Source of the DNA: a candidate division WOR-3 bacterium
GTDB lineage: Bacteria; Hydrothermota; Tepidihabitantia; Tepidihabitantales; Tepidihabitantaceae
Reading direction: 5' to 3'
Assembly: GCA_965649205.1 (NCBI GenBank)
Contig: CBFGJV010000008.1
Coordinates: forward strand, 29,479 to 93,478
DNA: 64,000 nucleotides
Part shown: positions 48,779-57,878 of the stretch, in pieces
Numbering within the stretch: the stretch's first letter is position 1
Layout of the letters: each line of letters starts with the position of its first letter
Position numbers and translations under genes: made by a program
Notes under the pieces: generated by a model
Told to the model about the DNA's origin: nothing
What the model saw: the letters and a program-made list of their open reading frames with translations, nothing else
The model's database searches: none

Positions 48779-48786
48779 TTTTCCTC

Positions 48787-49527
48787 CTAATGTTGGAAAC
48801 GGTGTACCGTTAAGGATTGTACAATACTGGAATCCTTCATATCTTGAATGAACACGGCCGCCCCCAGCCGTGCCGGATTGCAGCCCGTGATGTTGAAACG
48901 GAAAGTATCGTATAGCGTGTCTCCGCGAGATAGATTGATTCTCCGCCCGGCGTAGTCGGGCAGAACGCGACGCGCCACCCGGTCCCAGACCAGGGGGAAC
49001 CGTCCCTGCGTAGCCAGGCTGTCTTCGGTAACTATGACCACCAGGCGCAGGTCTGCGTTTGGAGCAATGGAATCGGTTGTAGTTCTTATTACCAGCAGAC
49101 CGGTCAGAGTGTCGGCGTAAGTGCTTTCTACAGCCAGAGAAGTGAAGGTGGGGCGGGACTTGGCTACATCAATGTTGTCGGCAAAAACTGCGGCGTACTG
49201 ATTGGGCGCATACAGGTCCAGATTAACTGTGGGTTTGGCGTCGAGATAGAGCATCTTAGGAGGGGAGCGACGGGCGCTGTCTTCGGGCAGTACCGCAAAT
49301 CTACCTACGGGTAGAAAAATTACCACCGGCATAGCCGAGTCGTAGCGGAAAGCGGAAAGGCTGTCCAGTGCCCGCGCCGCGAGCACGCAATATCCTCAAG
49401 TGGTGTCACGAAAGTTTATCTCGGCCAGTACGTTCCGGCTGGTTTCCTGAACCGGTATTATGGGGGCATCTGAGCAGGTTAAAGCCCCCAGGAGAAACAG
49501 TGCAGCCGCATATGGTACCCGTGTCAT
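48787..49527 (-). CDS. Omp28-related lipoprotein with predicted selenocysteine (UGYC)
   Basis: Reading through TGA 49398-49396 joins MTRVPYAAALFLLGALTC (lipobox) and RNVLAEINFRDTT-U-GYC to the 199-aa ORF, which has Omp28-like LVVIVTED..VARRVLPD..G..AVFIQD..IVQS. Confidence 0.82.
49368..49386 (-). promoter_or_regulatory. SECIS-like hairpin
   Basis: GTGCTCG-CGGCG-CGGGCAC starting 9 nt after the TGA; G second in the loop. Confidence 0.7.
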
Positions 49528-49533
49528 CATCAT

Positions 49534-49561
49534 ATCATAGAACTAGGTCATACACTGTCAA
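49534..49561 (-). promoter_or_regulatory. Sigma70-like promoter of the selenoprotein operon (probably leaderless)
   Basis: TTGACA-16-TATGAT followed immediately by ATGATGATG; no Shine-Dalgarno. Confidence 0.7.
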
Positions 49562-50096
49562 GCACGCCTGTCTCCGATTATCCTGGGAAGTTACCAGAAT
49601 GCATAAAACCTGAGCCCCGAGGCGTGCAGAAGGCCAATTAGTTAGGAAAGCAGGACACCAATGTTATAAGTTCTTGAGGGGCAATACCTGTAAGTCGCTA
49701 CCCCCCCTGTCGAGGGGACTGCTGGGGGAGTCGTTCCCCCCACCAAGAGCGGGGTATAGGTTACCATTATTAAGGTATGGGTTACATTCTTCGGGTCTCG
49801 GATAGACTTTTGGCATGTGGCATCATTTCATACTGCAGAGGCGTTGCTCTGCAATTTCTGAACGTTTCGCTAATCGGACACGCCGTATAGGTCGACAAGC
49901 TCCAGAATAATTGCTCGGCTGCAGAAGGTCCGGTCTGAGGCGCCGGTTGTTGACTGACAGTTCGCTCGGTCCTGTAGGTTGGTGTCATTTAGCCAGCTTT
50001 ATGATTTGCAGGCAACTACTGTCTAGTGCGTGCCTGTCTTCTCTGATTTTGACGAATTATGGATTCGCGCCAATACCCAGATATTCCTGATTGTGT

Positions 50097-51620
50097 CTAA
50101 GGTCGCAGGAGTTTTATTATCCGGGTCGGTTCTTTGTCCGGCTGAAGCTCGCAGTAGTACACACCACTGGGAAGCTGGCCGATGTCGTACCTGATCGTGT
50201 GCAACCCTTTGCATAAGTCCCGGTCAATCAGGGTGAACAAATTCCGTCCCGAGATATCGGTTACGCGCAGCCGCACGCGCTGGGGGCAAGAGAGGGAGAA
50301 GTGCAGGATGACTACGTGCTGGCAAGGATTGGGAACGCCGAAATGGGTACAAGGCGAACCTTTACGCAGGCCTACGGTCTCGCTAACGCCGACAAAACCG
50401 TTTGTGTCGGTCTTTATGACCGAGAAGTCGGCATTGCCTAGGGTCAGGCTGTCCCAAGAGTTTGCGTCGCGCCAGCCGGCAATGACTATTCCGTTGTCGG
50501 CGGTAAGTATGATGGCAGAGGGGTCGTCATTCAGCGGGCCCCCGTACCATCTTGTCCAGAGCGTGTCGCCGGTACCATTCAGTCTGAGCAGCCACCAGTT
50601 GTCATAACCCATCCCTGGTGGTGCATAGGTCTGGGAATAGGCGGCAAGGTAGTAGCCACTGCTGCGGCTTTCGACAATACTGGTTCCTCCCTCATATCTG
50701 CCTCTGGTGCCAATGGTCTTTGTCCATTCCGTGTCAGCGCGGGAATCCAGTTTCATAACCCAGATGTCCCGGCTTGGAAATACATCGTTGCGGCTTCTCT
50801 GACCTGCAACTATCCATCCGCCGTCTTTTGTTCTTTGGGGTCGGCTGAGTGTTGTCAGGCTATCCTCGCGGAATGACATCACTTTTTGCAGGTTGCCGAA
50901 CGTATCAATCACAAGATAACTGCCAAAGCCCATGTAAGCCGGAGGAAACGGCCATTCGCCGGTGCAACTAAATGCGGTCATCAGATAGGCGCCGTCTCCG
51001 GCCGGAGCGATTCCGGCTCCCTGGTCTGCGTACTGCAGGTCATAGGTTCTGGTCCATATTGTATCGCCATTCTGATTGAGCTTCAGAAGCCAGATGTCCT
51101 TGCCACCAATCTGGGTTCCGCGGCTTTTGGTGTCACCCAGAAGCAGATATGTGCCGTCCGGGTTCTGAATTATTGCGCCGCCATTGTCTTCCAGAGTATC
51201 ACCGATTGTCTTGTCTGTAAGGATTTCGCCATCCTGACTGACTCTTAGAAACCAGACCTGCCTTCCGTAGCGGGGACTGTACTTGGTGCCGGTAAAGACC
51301 AGCTCGTTGTTATTGTTCAGGATTACGTCAAAGATGAAGTCTCCGCCTGCACCGATACCCATCGTGCCAACCCGTCTGGTCCAGACTGTGTCCCCGAAAC
51401 GGTTTATTTTGATAATGTAACCGTCTTTGTCCCAGGGGATGTTGGACCAAGTTCCGCCACACACGACGAAATTGCCGTCGTTTGTTTCCACGGCACCGCC
51501 AAGCGCGAATTCAGCCCGGTCGGGTATTCCGTACTGTCTTATCCAAGTTATAGGTTCAGCCATGGAAACCGCTGTTAGCACGAACACAAGGCGGGCAGTT
51601 ATGCTGGCAACTCCCTGCAT
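50097..51620 (-). CDS. Secreted beta-propeller repeat protein with T9SS-like CTD
   Basis: Repeats WLLKLNQNGDTIWTRTY / WVMKLDSRADTEWTKTIG; C-terminal PNP..DISGR..PSGVYY. Confidence 0.85.
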   Translation of the reverse strand: MQGVASITARLVFVLTAVSMAEPITWIRQYGIPDRAEFALGGAVETNDGNFVVCGGTWSNIPWDKDGYIIKINRFGDTVWTRRVGTMGIGAGGDFIFDVILNNNNELVFTGTKYSPRYGRQVWFLRVSQDGEILTDKTIGDTLEDNGGAIIQNPDGTYLLLGDTKSRGTQIGGKDIWLLKLNQNGDTIWTRTYDLQYADQGAGIAPAGDGAYLMTAFSCTGEWPFPPAYMGFGSYLVIDTFGNLQKVMSFREDSLTTLSRPQRTKDGGWIVAGQRSRNDVFPSRDIWVMKLDSRADTEWTKTIGTRGRYEGGTSIVESRSSGYYLAAYSQTYAPPGMGYDNWWLLRLNGTGDTLWTRWYGGPLNDDPSAIILTADNGIVIAGWRDANSWDSLTLGNADFSVIKTDTNGFVGVSETVGLRKGSPCTHFGVPNPCQHVVILHFSLSCPQRVRLRVTDISGRNLFTLIDRDLCKGLHTIRYDIGQLPSGVYYCELQPDKEPTRIIKLLRP

Positions 51621-51778
51621 GACTTGTTTAATTGTAGTTCTGCCCGGAAACCCGTCAATTTCATCACTTGTCCGGCGAGGCGCATTCACTTCCTGTGCAC
51701 TTGCGCGCCCTGAGTCGGAGTATATAATGTTACTCAGGTCAGCCGGATAGCTTTCCGGGACTCTGTATCAGGCCGGAG

Positions 51779-53421
51779 ATGTCTGCATCTATGGGTGGTG
51801 CTTCACATCTTCCCGTAATACTCGTGGTGGACGGGAACCGGGAGGGGTACGAACTGCTGCTTGAAAAACAGAAAGCTGACCATGCCCATAATCCGGATGC
51901 AGGGGATTGTCCTCAGACAGGTCTGGAACGATTTCAGCTTTTCTATCTCGATGGTTTTGATGCCCTCCAATCCTGGTACGAAGCTAACCAGGGCCGGTTT
52001 GTTTCCCTCATAATACAGGTCCTAGAATTCTCGACTGACCAAGCGTATTCCAGATTACTGGACCGGGACAGGGTGGTTTGCCCGATTCCTTCGGGTATGG
52101 AGGTAGGGACCTTTACATCTACGCCAACCTCCGACTGCGCAATATTGATCAGGTAGTGCCCGTGGTCTTTGTTGCCGACCCCGCAAACATAGTTTCTGCT
52201 CAGCGGTTTGCAAGTTTCTTTTTGTTGCCGGGTATGGGTTGCTGTCATTTCATGCCCGGCCCCTTGGCAGACGATAATTGCTGTAAGGCAATAGTACAAA
52301 GAATCTCCTGCCTTGCCCTTCTGCCGCTCTCAGACGAAGACCGCAAGAATTGGCGAGAGACGCATATGATGGTTGTGGGATGCTCGCGACGTATGGCAAA
52401 TCTTGTAAACGACCTGCTCCGGGTGGGCCCTACCGATTCCACTGTTTTGTTATTGGGCGAACCCGGAGTTGGTAAGGAGCTGGTGGCTAATGCGCTGCAT
52501 CGTCTTAGCCCCAGGTACGAAGACAGCTCTCGCCGTCGTTTTCTCCATACCGTCAATATTGCCGCTTTGGGTATGAACTTGCTGGAAGATGACCTTTTTG
52601 GGCATGTACGCGGAGCTTTTACCGGAGCACTTGCCAGTCGGAAAGGAATTTTCGAGGCGGCCCGCGGGTCCACGGTGTTCTTGGATGAGATTGGCGATAT
52701 AACTGCAGAAACACAGGTGAAACTACTGCGAGCAATAGAATATCACCGGATCAAACCTCTGGGCAGTTCAGAAGAGAGGGAAATTGATATGCGCCTGATT
52801 GCTGCTACCAACCATACTCTGCCTGAACTTCAGGCGCGCTTCCGCCCGGATTTCTACAGCCGGCTGGTGCAAAACTGCATAGTGGTTCCTTCCTTAAAGG
52901 AACGATGGCAGGATGAGTCTGATGAGGTTTTATACAAAGACCTTGCCGAGCTGGCTGATTTTGTGGTTGAACGGGCGAGCCGAAGTTCTCGCCCCGGAAA
53001 AACCGTCCTTTCGTTGGACGAGGGGGCCTTGAAGTTTCTTGTTCAGGCCGTCAGGGGGTATATACGGGGAGAGAATACTCTGTTTTGCGGAAACATCCGT
53101 ATACTTTGCCATCTTATCGAAAGAGCCTACGAAAGAGCTAAACATGAAGGGACAGCCAGTATTAGTGTCGGACAGATGATTTCTGCTGCAACATCTTTTC
53201 AGCAAGTAGCCACCCCGGCAGCAAGAATACCTACTTTTGGTTCTATTAAGGAAGTAGTGGGCAGTTTGAATCTGGAAGAAATTGAACGTCGCGCCATAGC
53301 CGAGGCGTTGGAGGAAGCCAAGGGCAACCTAAAAGAAGCAGCAGGGCTACTTGGTATTCACGTAGAAACAGTCCGGCGGAAATTGGCCTCCAAACCTAAA
53401 ACACCCCCTACCAATAACTAG
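51779..53421 (+). pseudogene. Sigma54-dependent enhancer-binding protein, frameshifted near 52100
   Basis: GEPGVGKE, GAFTGA, FLDEIG, C-terminal HTH (AAGLLGIHVETVRRKL); N-terminal domain lies in a different frame (51779..52156). Confidence 0.85.
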
Positions 53422-53574
53422 GACTAGTCCCCTCAAAACCAAGAACCGCATTTTGCGGAGGAATAACAATAAATTGTTGAGAAGGGGGCTGTGTCGATTA
53501 GTGTGCAAGGTGGTGTATTCCATAACTATTTGCCTTATATTTACTTACGCGGTGATTAAAATAGTCTAAGGGTT

Positions 53575-53590
53575 TGGCACGGTTTTTGCA
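53575..53590 (+). promoter_or_regulatory. Sigma54 -24/-12 promoter
   Basis: TGGCAC-GGTTT-TTGCA, exact consensus spacing; CCGCA-TTT-TGCGG palindrome at 53446-53458 is a candidate UAS. Confidence 0.9.
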
Positions 53591-54018
53591 TCATTACAGT
53601 GTGCCCAGAGGTGGGATAGGAGTGAGACCGAGCCAAGTGGGGTTCTCTCTCAGAGACTGTCGTGCTCCTGTGACCCACGTCAGACAACGCTCTCGATGGG
53701 GGCCGACAAGCGCGGTGTGGCACCAGAAAGTGCCGCACCGCGCCCCCCTTCTATGGGGAGGTTCCAGGAGCAATCGTAACTAACAAACTAGGATTTAAGC
53801 CAGAAGACCGTTACTAGAGTTAGTCATAAATACGGGGCGGACGTCGTCTGGCAAGCTCTGGGGCTGATTTGACTCTGTGGCAGTTTCGGGTATCCTTGGA
53901 TTCCGGCCGGGGTTGTGATTCGTTGTCCGTTTCTCACCAGGCCGGCCTGCTAATCTAAACCGTGCAGGTATCAAATTGAACTGGAAGTAAACGCAAATAA
54001 CCATGCCAGGAGGAAATA

Positions 54019-55563
54019 ATGTTGCCACCATTCCGAAATGAACCGTATTTGGATTTTTCCAAATCCGAGAATCAGAAAGGAATAAAAGAAGCCATTGCAG
54101 AGCTGAAAGGAAAGTCGGGCCAAGAATGGCCATTAGTAATCGGCGGGGAGAAAATACACGCCAGTGAACAGTTCCGCTCTATTAACCCTTCCGACAAGTC
54201 TGCGGTAGGGATATTTCAAAGGGCCACAATAAAAGAGGCAGAAGCGGCGATGAAGGCTGCTCAGCAGGCATTTGCCAAGTGGCGTTACGTTCCAGCCCAG
54301 GAGAGGGCTGCCGTGTTTCTACGGGCGGCTCGGATTATGCGTGAGCGCCGGTTCAAATTTGATGCGGCAATGATTCTGGAAGAGGGCAAGAACTGGACGG
54401 AAGCAGACGCGGATTTTGCCGAAGCGGTTGACTTTCTGGAGTTTTACGCTCGCGAGGCTATCAGGTATGACCAGCCCGGAGGAGTAACGCCATATCCAGG
54501 AGAATTGCAGGAGGTACGCTATATTCCTCTCGGGGTAGGTGTTGTAATAGCTCCTTGGAACTTTCCTTGTGCCATTATGGCCGGGATGACTACAGCCGCG
54601 GCCGTAGCCGGAAATACTGTGGTACTGAAACCGTCTTCCGACGCTCCGTTGCTGGCCGCCATGTTTGTGGAGGTTTTGGAAGAAGCGGGGTTGCCAGCCG
54701 GCGTAGTAAATCTTCTCACGGGCCCTGGTGGAGCGGTAGGAGATTTTCTTGTTGAACATCCCCAAACGAGGTTTATCTCCTTCACCGGCTCAAAACAGGT
54801 GGGCCTGCGTATTGTAGAAAAGGCAGCAAAGACCCAGCCGGGTCAGATATGGATAAAGCGAGTAATAGCAGAGATGGGAGGAAAAGATGCCATCATAGTT
54901 GATGGCGAGGCTGACTTGGCCGCGGCGGTAGAAGGGGTTACTATATCCGCTTTTGGCTTCCAAGGTCAGAAGTGTTCTGCCTGCTCTAGAGCGATAGTTG
55001 ATACCAGCGTGTATGAAGATTTTTTGAATCGCCTGAGCGACAGGGTAAAGAAAATCACCGTAGGCCCGGTTGAGAACCAGGAAAACTGGATGGGTCCGGT
55101 AATCAACGAACGGGCATTTGATTCCATTATGGACTACATACAGGTGGGGAAAAGCGAAGGGCGGCTGATTACCGGCGGGGAAGGAAATAAGAGAAATGGC
55201 TACTATATTCAGCCTACAGTCATAGCCGACGTAGATCGGCATGCTCGCATCGCCCAGGAAGAGATTTTCGGCCCGGTGCTGGCGGTAATGAAAGCGGCCG
55301 ATTTTTCTGACGCTCTGGATATAGCGAATAGCACGGAATACGGACTTACCGGTGCGGTGTACACGCGTAATCGAGAGAAAATCATGCGGGCGAAAAAGGA
55401 GTTTCATGTGGGTAATCTGTATTTCAACCGAAAGTGCACGGGAGCGCTTGTGGATGTGCAGCCGTTTGGCGGTTTCAATATGTCCGGAACCGATTCCAAG
55501 GCCGGAGGGCGGGATTATCTTCTGCTTTTCTTGCAAGCCAAGTCTATGACAGAAAGATTCTAG
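54019..55563 (+). CDS. pruA: 1-pyrroline-5-carboxylate (glutamate semialdehyde) dehydrogenase, RocA type
   Basis: FRNEP, PWNFP, FTGS, EMGGK, FGFQGQKCSACSR, EEIFGP, GTDSKAGG; AGGAGG RBS. Confidence 0.93.
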   Translation: MLPPFRNEPYLDFSKSENQKGIKEAIAELKGKSGQEWPLVIGGEKIHASEQFRSINPSDKSAVGIFQRATIKEAEAAMKAAQQAFAKWRYVPAQERAAVFLRAARIMRERRFKFDAAMILEEGKNWTEADADFAEAVDFLEFYAREAIRYDQPGGVTPYPGELQEVRYIPLGVGVVIAPWNFPCAIMAGMTTAAAVAGNTVVLKPSSDAPLLAAMFVEVLEEAGLPAGVVNLLTGPGGAVGDFLVEHPQTRFISFTGSKQVGLRIVEKAAKTQPGQIWIKRVIAEMGGKDAIIVDGEADLAAAVEGVTISAFGFQGQKCSACSRAIVDTSVYEDFLNRLSDRVKKITVGPVENQENWMGPVINERAFDSIMDYIQVGKSEGRLITGGEGNKRNGYYIQPTVIADVDRHARIAQEEIFGPVLAVMKAADFSDALDIANSTEYGLTGAVYTRNREKIMRAKKEFHVGNLYFNRKCTGALVDVQPFGGFNMSGTDSKAGGRDYLLLFLQAKSMTERF

Positions 55564-55572
55564 GGAGGACGG

Positions 55573-56988
55573 ATGAGGACAAAGAAGACCAGAATTCCGA
55601 AAAAGGGAGGCAAGACTATGGCCTCAGCGGCCAGGTCCAGAAAAAGAATCCTCATCATTGGTGCGGCGGGAATGGACTACCACGTGTTTAATACTTGCTT
55701 CCGCGACCGTAAGGAATATGAAGTCGTCGGATTTACCCTGGCTGCTGAGCAGAATTTGGGCACCGTGGGTGGGTACCGTACATATCCGCCGAGCCTTGCC
55801 GGCAAACTATATCCTCGCGGTATTCCCACTTTTCCTGAAGAAGAAATGGAAAAAAAGATACGCGAGCTCGAGGTTGACGAGGCAGTATTTGCTTACTCGG
55901 ATGTTTCCCATGTGAAGGTGATGAATCTCGCCTCCCGCGCTCTGGCTGTCGGCGCCAGCTTTCGGCTGATCGCCCCCCGCTTTACGCAATTGCAGTCTAA
56001 GCGACCGGTAATCGCCGTGTGCGCCGTGCGAACCGGCTGCGGAAAGTCGCAAACATCTCGGCGGGTCTACGAAATTGTGCGGTCGAGGGGAATAAAGGTA
56101 GTAGCGGTACGCGAGCCAATGCCGTACGGAAACTTGGAGCAGCAGGTGTGGCAGCGTTTTGCAACTTACGAAGATTTGGACAGGAGCGGGGTAACCATCG
56201 AGGAACGAGAAGAATACGAACCCTATATTGAGAACGGGATGGTAATTTATGCAGGCGTAGATTACGCCCAGGTCCTACGCCAGGCTGAAGCCGAAGCTGA
56301 AGTTATCATCTTTGATGGGGGAAACAACGAAATATCGTTCTTCCGCTCCGACCTGCTGATAGTAGTGACCGATCCTTTGCGAGCTGGAGCAGAGATCAGT
56401 TATCACCCCGGAGAAGTCAACTTGCGGCTGGCGGATGTGGTCATAATCAACAAAGAAGATTCTGCAAGCGAGCAGCAGATAAAGCAGGTAGAGGCTGCCG
56501 TGCAGGCAGCAAATCCCCGGGCTGTTATCGTCCATGCTGATTCGCCCTTGACCGTGGATAATCCGGACCTAATTCAGGGGAAAAGGGTGCTGGTAATCGA
56601 AGACGGCCCTACTGTGACTCATGGCGATATGCCATTCGGTGCTGGTCGCATAGCCGCAGAACGGTTTGGGGCAGCGGAAATCATTGATCCGAGGCCATAC
56701 GCGCAAGGAAAACTGGCCCGCGAACTGGAAAAGTTCGCCCATCTGGACCATGTACTTCCAGCCATGGGTTATTCTACCGAACAGTTGTCCGAGCTGGCAG
56801 AAACCATCAACCGGGCGGAGTGTGATGTGGTAGTATCGGGTACGCCGAGCGACCTGGCCCGTCTTATCCGCACGAATAAGCCGGTGATCAGGGTTCGCTA
56901 CAGCCTGAAGGAGAAATCGAAGCCGGACCTGGAAGAGCTAGTTGGTCGGATGCTTGAAGAAAAAGGGTTCTCTGGCGGCAGGCACTAA
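55573..56988 (+). CDS. Arginine synthetase (ArcE) / cyclic 2,3-diphosphoglycerate synthetase-like P-loop enzyme (alternative start 55618)
   Basis: IIGAAG, YPPSLAGKLYPRGIP, AVRTGCGKSQTSR, PMPYG, TIEEREEYEP, DGGNN, EDGPT, LPAMGY. Confidence 0.8.
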   Translation: MRTKKTRIPKKGGKTMASAARSRKRILIIGAAGMDYHVFNTCFRDRKEYEVVGFTLAAEQNLGTVGGYRTYPPSLAGKLYPRGIPTFPEEEMEKKIRELEVDEAVFAYSDVSHVKVMNLASRALAVGASFRLIAPRFTQLQSKRPVIAVCAVRTGCGKSQTSRRVYEIVRSRGIKVVAVREPMPYGNLEQQVWQRFATYEDLDRSGVTIEEREEYEPYIENGMVIYAGVDYAQVLRQAEAEAEVIIFDGGNNEISFFRSDLLIVVTDPLRAGAEISYHPGEVNLRLADVVIINKEDSASEQQIKQVEAAVQAANPRAVIVHADSPLTVDNPDLIQGKRVLVIEDGPTVTHGDMPFGAGRIAAERFGAAEIIDPRPYAQGKLARELEKFAHLDHVLPAMGYSTEQLSELAETINRAECDVVVSGTPSDLARLIRTNKPVIRVRYSLKEKSKPDLEELVGRMLEEKGFSGGRH

Positions 56989-57499
56989 TCCTGCCCCCGT
57001 TTTCTCTGCCCGTTGGCGCTCGGCGCTGAGCGTATTTTCCTGGCTGCTCATTATCCAGTCAGGCCTTGGCTTCCTGCTGGGTCTTTTTTCGCTGGCTATT
57101 CTGAAGAGTTTTCGTGCCGAGGACCTGGTTGGGCGACTGGGAATGCTGGTTGAGACTGTGGACCTGACAACGATAGAAAAATTCCTTGTCCATTTGCAGG
57201 GTTTACAACTTGCGCAGATAGGGCTGAACGGACTTGTGGTGGTGGGCGCGGTAGGTCTCTGGAAACGGAAGAAGTGGGGTTGGTATCTTACTACGATACG
57301 GTACGGTCTGGAAGTACCGGCAATACTTTTGGGGGGTAGCGCCGCGTTGCGGCCTGTTCTACGCCTGTTAAGTCCGAGCCAGGCGGATTTGCTCAGCCTG
57401 GTCATTGCCTTCTTGCTGGCTTTGGTACCGGCCTCTATAACCGGTTTTCTGATGCTGCGTCCCATAGTGATTCAGTTTGAGAAACAAATTGAAGACTGA
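56942..57499 (+). CDS. Hypothetical four-TM membrane protein
   Basis: Hydrophobic ORF within the co-oriented run; GLWKRKKWGW. Confidence 0.65.
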   Translation: MVGCLKKKGSLAAGTNPAPVFSARWRSALSVFSWLLIIQSGLGFLLGLFSLAILKSFRAEDLVGRLGMLVETVDLTTIEKFLVHLQGLQLAQIGLNGLVVVGAVGLWKRKKWGWYLTTIRYGLEVPAILLGGSAALRPVLRLLSPSQADLLSLVIAFLLALVPASITGFLMLRPIVIQFEKQIED

Positions 57500-57878
57500 C
57501 GCGCGAGTAAGTCTCCGCCTGACTACGGCAGACGTATTACTTATTGTCATTCTAGCCGGCTCTTCCCTCGCAATGTGGTTTAGAAGGACTGGCAATGCTT
57601 CTGTACCGGACAGGGCGTACATATATCAGGGCAACAAACTGTATGAGATAGTCTCTCTACGTCAGCCGGAAAAGAAAGATTTGAATATCGGCAAGGCGCG
57701 AATCACGATAGAGGTAAAGTCCGGCGCTATCCGCGTGGTGGAATCAAACTGTCCAAACAAACTCTGTGTGCGCACAGGTTGGATTAGTCAGCCCGGCCAG
57801 ACGATAATCTGTGCTCTTAACCGGGTGGTAATTGAAGTACAGGGCAAGAAGGGCAGATACGATGCCGAAACTTACTGA
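57477..57878 (+). CDS. NusG domain II (EetA/DUF1312-like) membrane-anchored protein
   Basis: N-terminal TM; SNCPNKLCVRTGWISQPGQTIICALNRV. Confidence 0.9.
   Translation: MRNKLKTDARVSLRLTTADVLLIVILAGSSLAMWFRRTGNASVPDRAYIYQGNKLYEIVSLRQPEKKDLNIGKARITIEVKSGAIRVVESNCPNKLCVRTGWISQPGQTIICALNRVVIEVQGKKGRYDAETY

Noticed and set aside
49782..49988. 68-aa ORF in the intergenic region
   Set aside because: No RBS, motif or compositional support
53355..53370. TATTCACGTAGAAACA, parS-like
   Set aside because: Needs an indel plus mismatch, is not palindromic, and is explained by HTH codons
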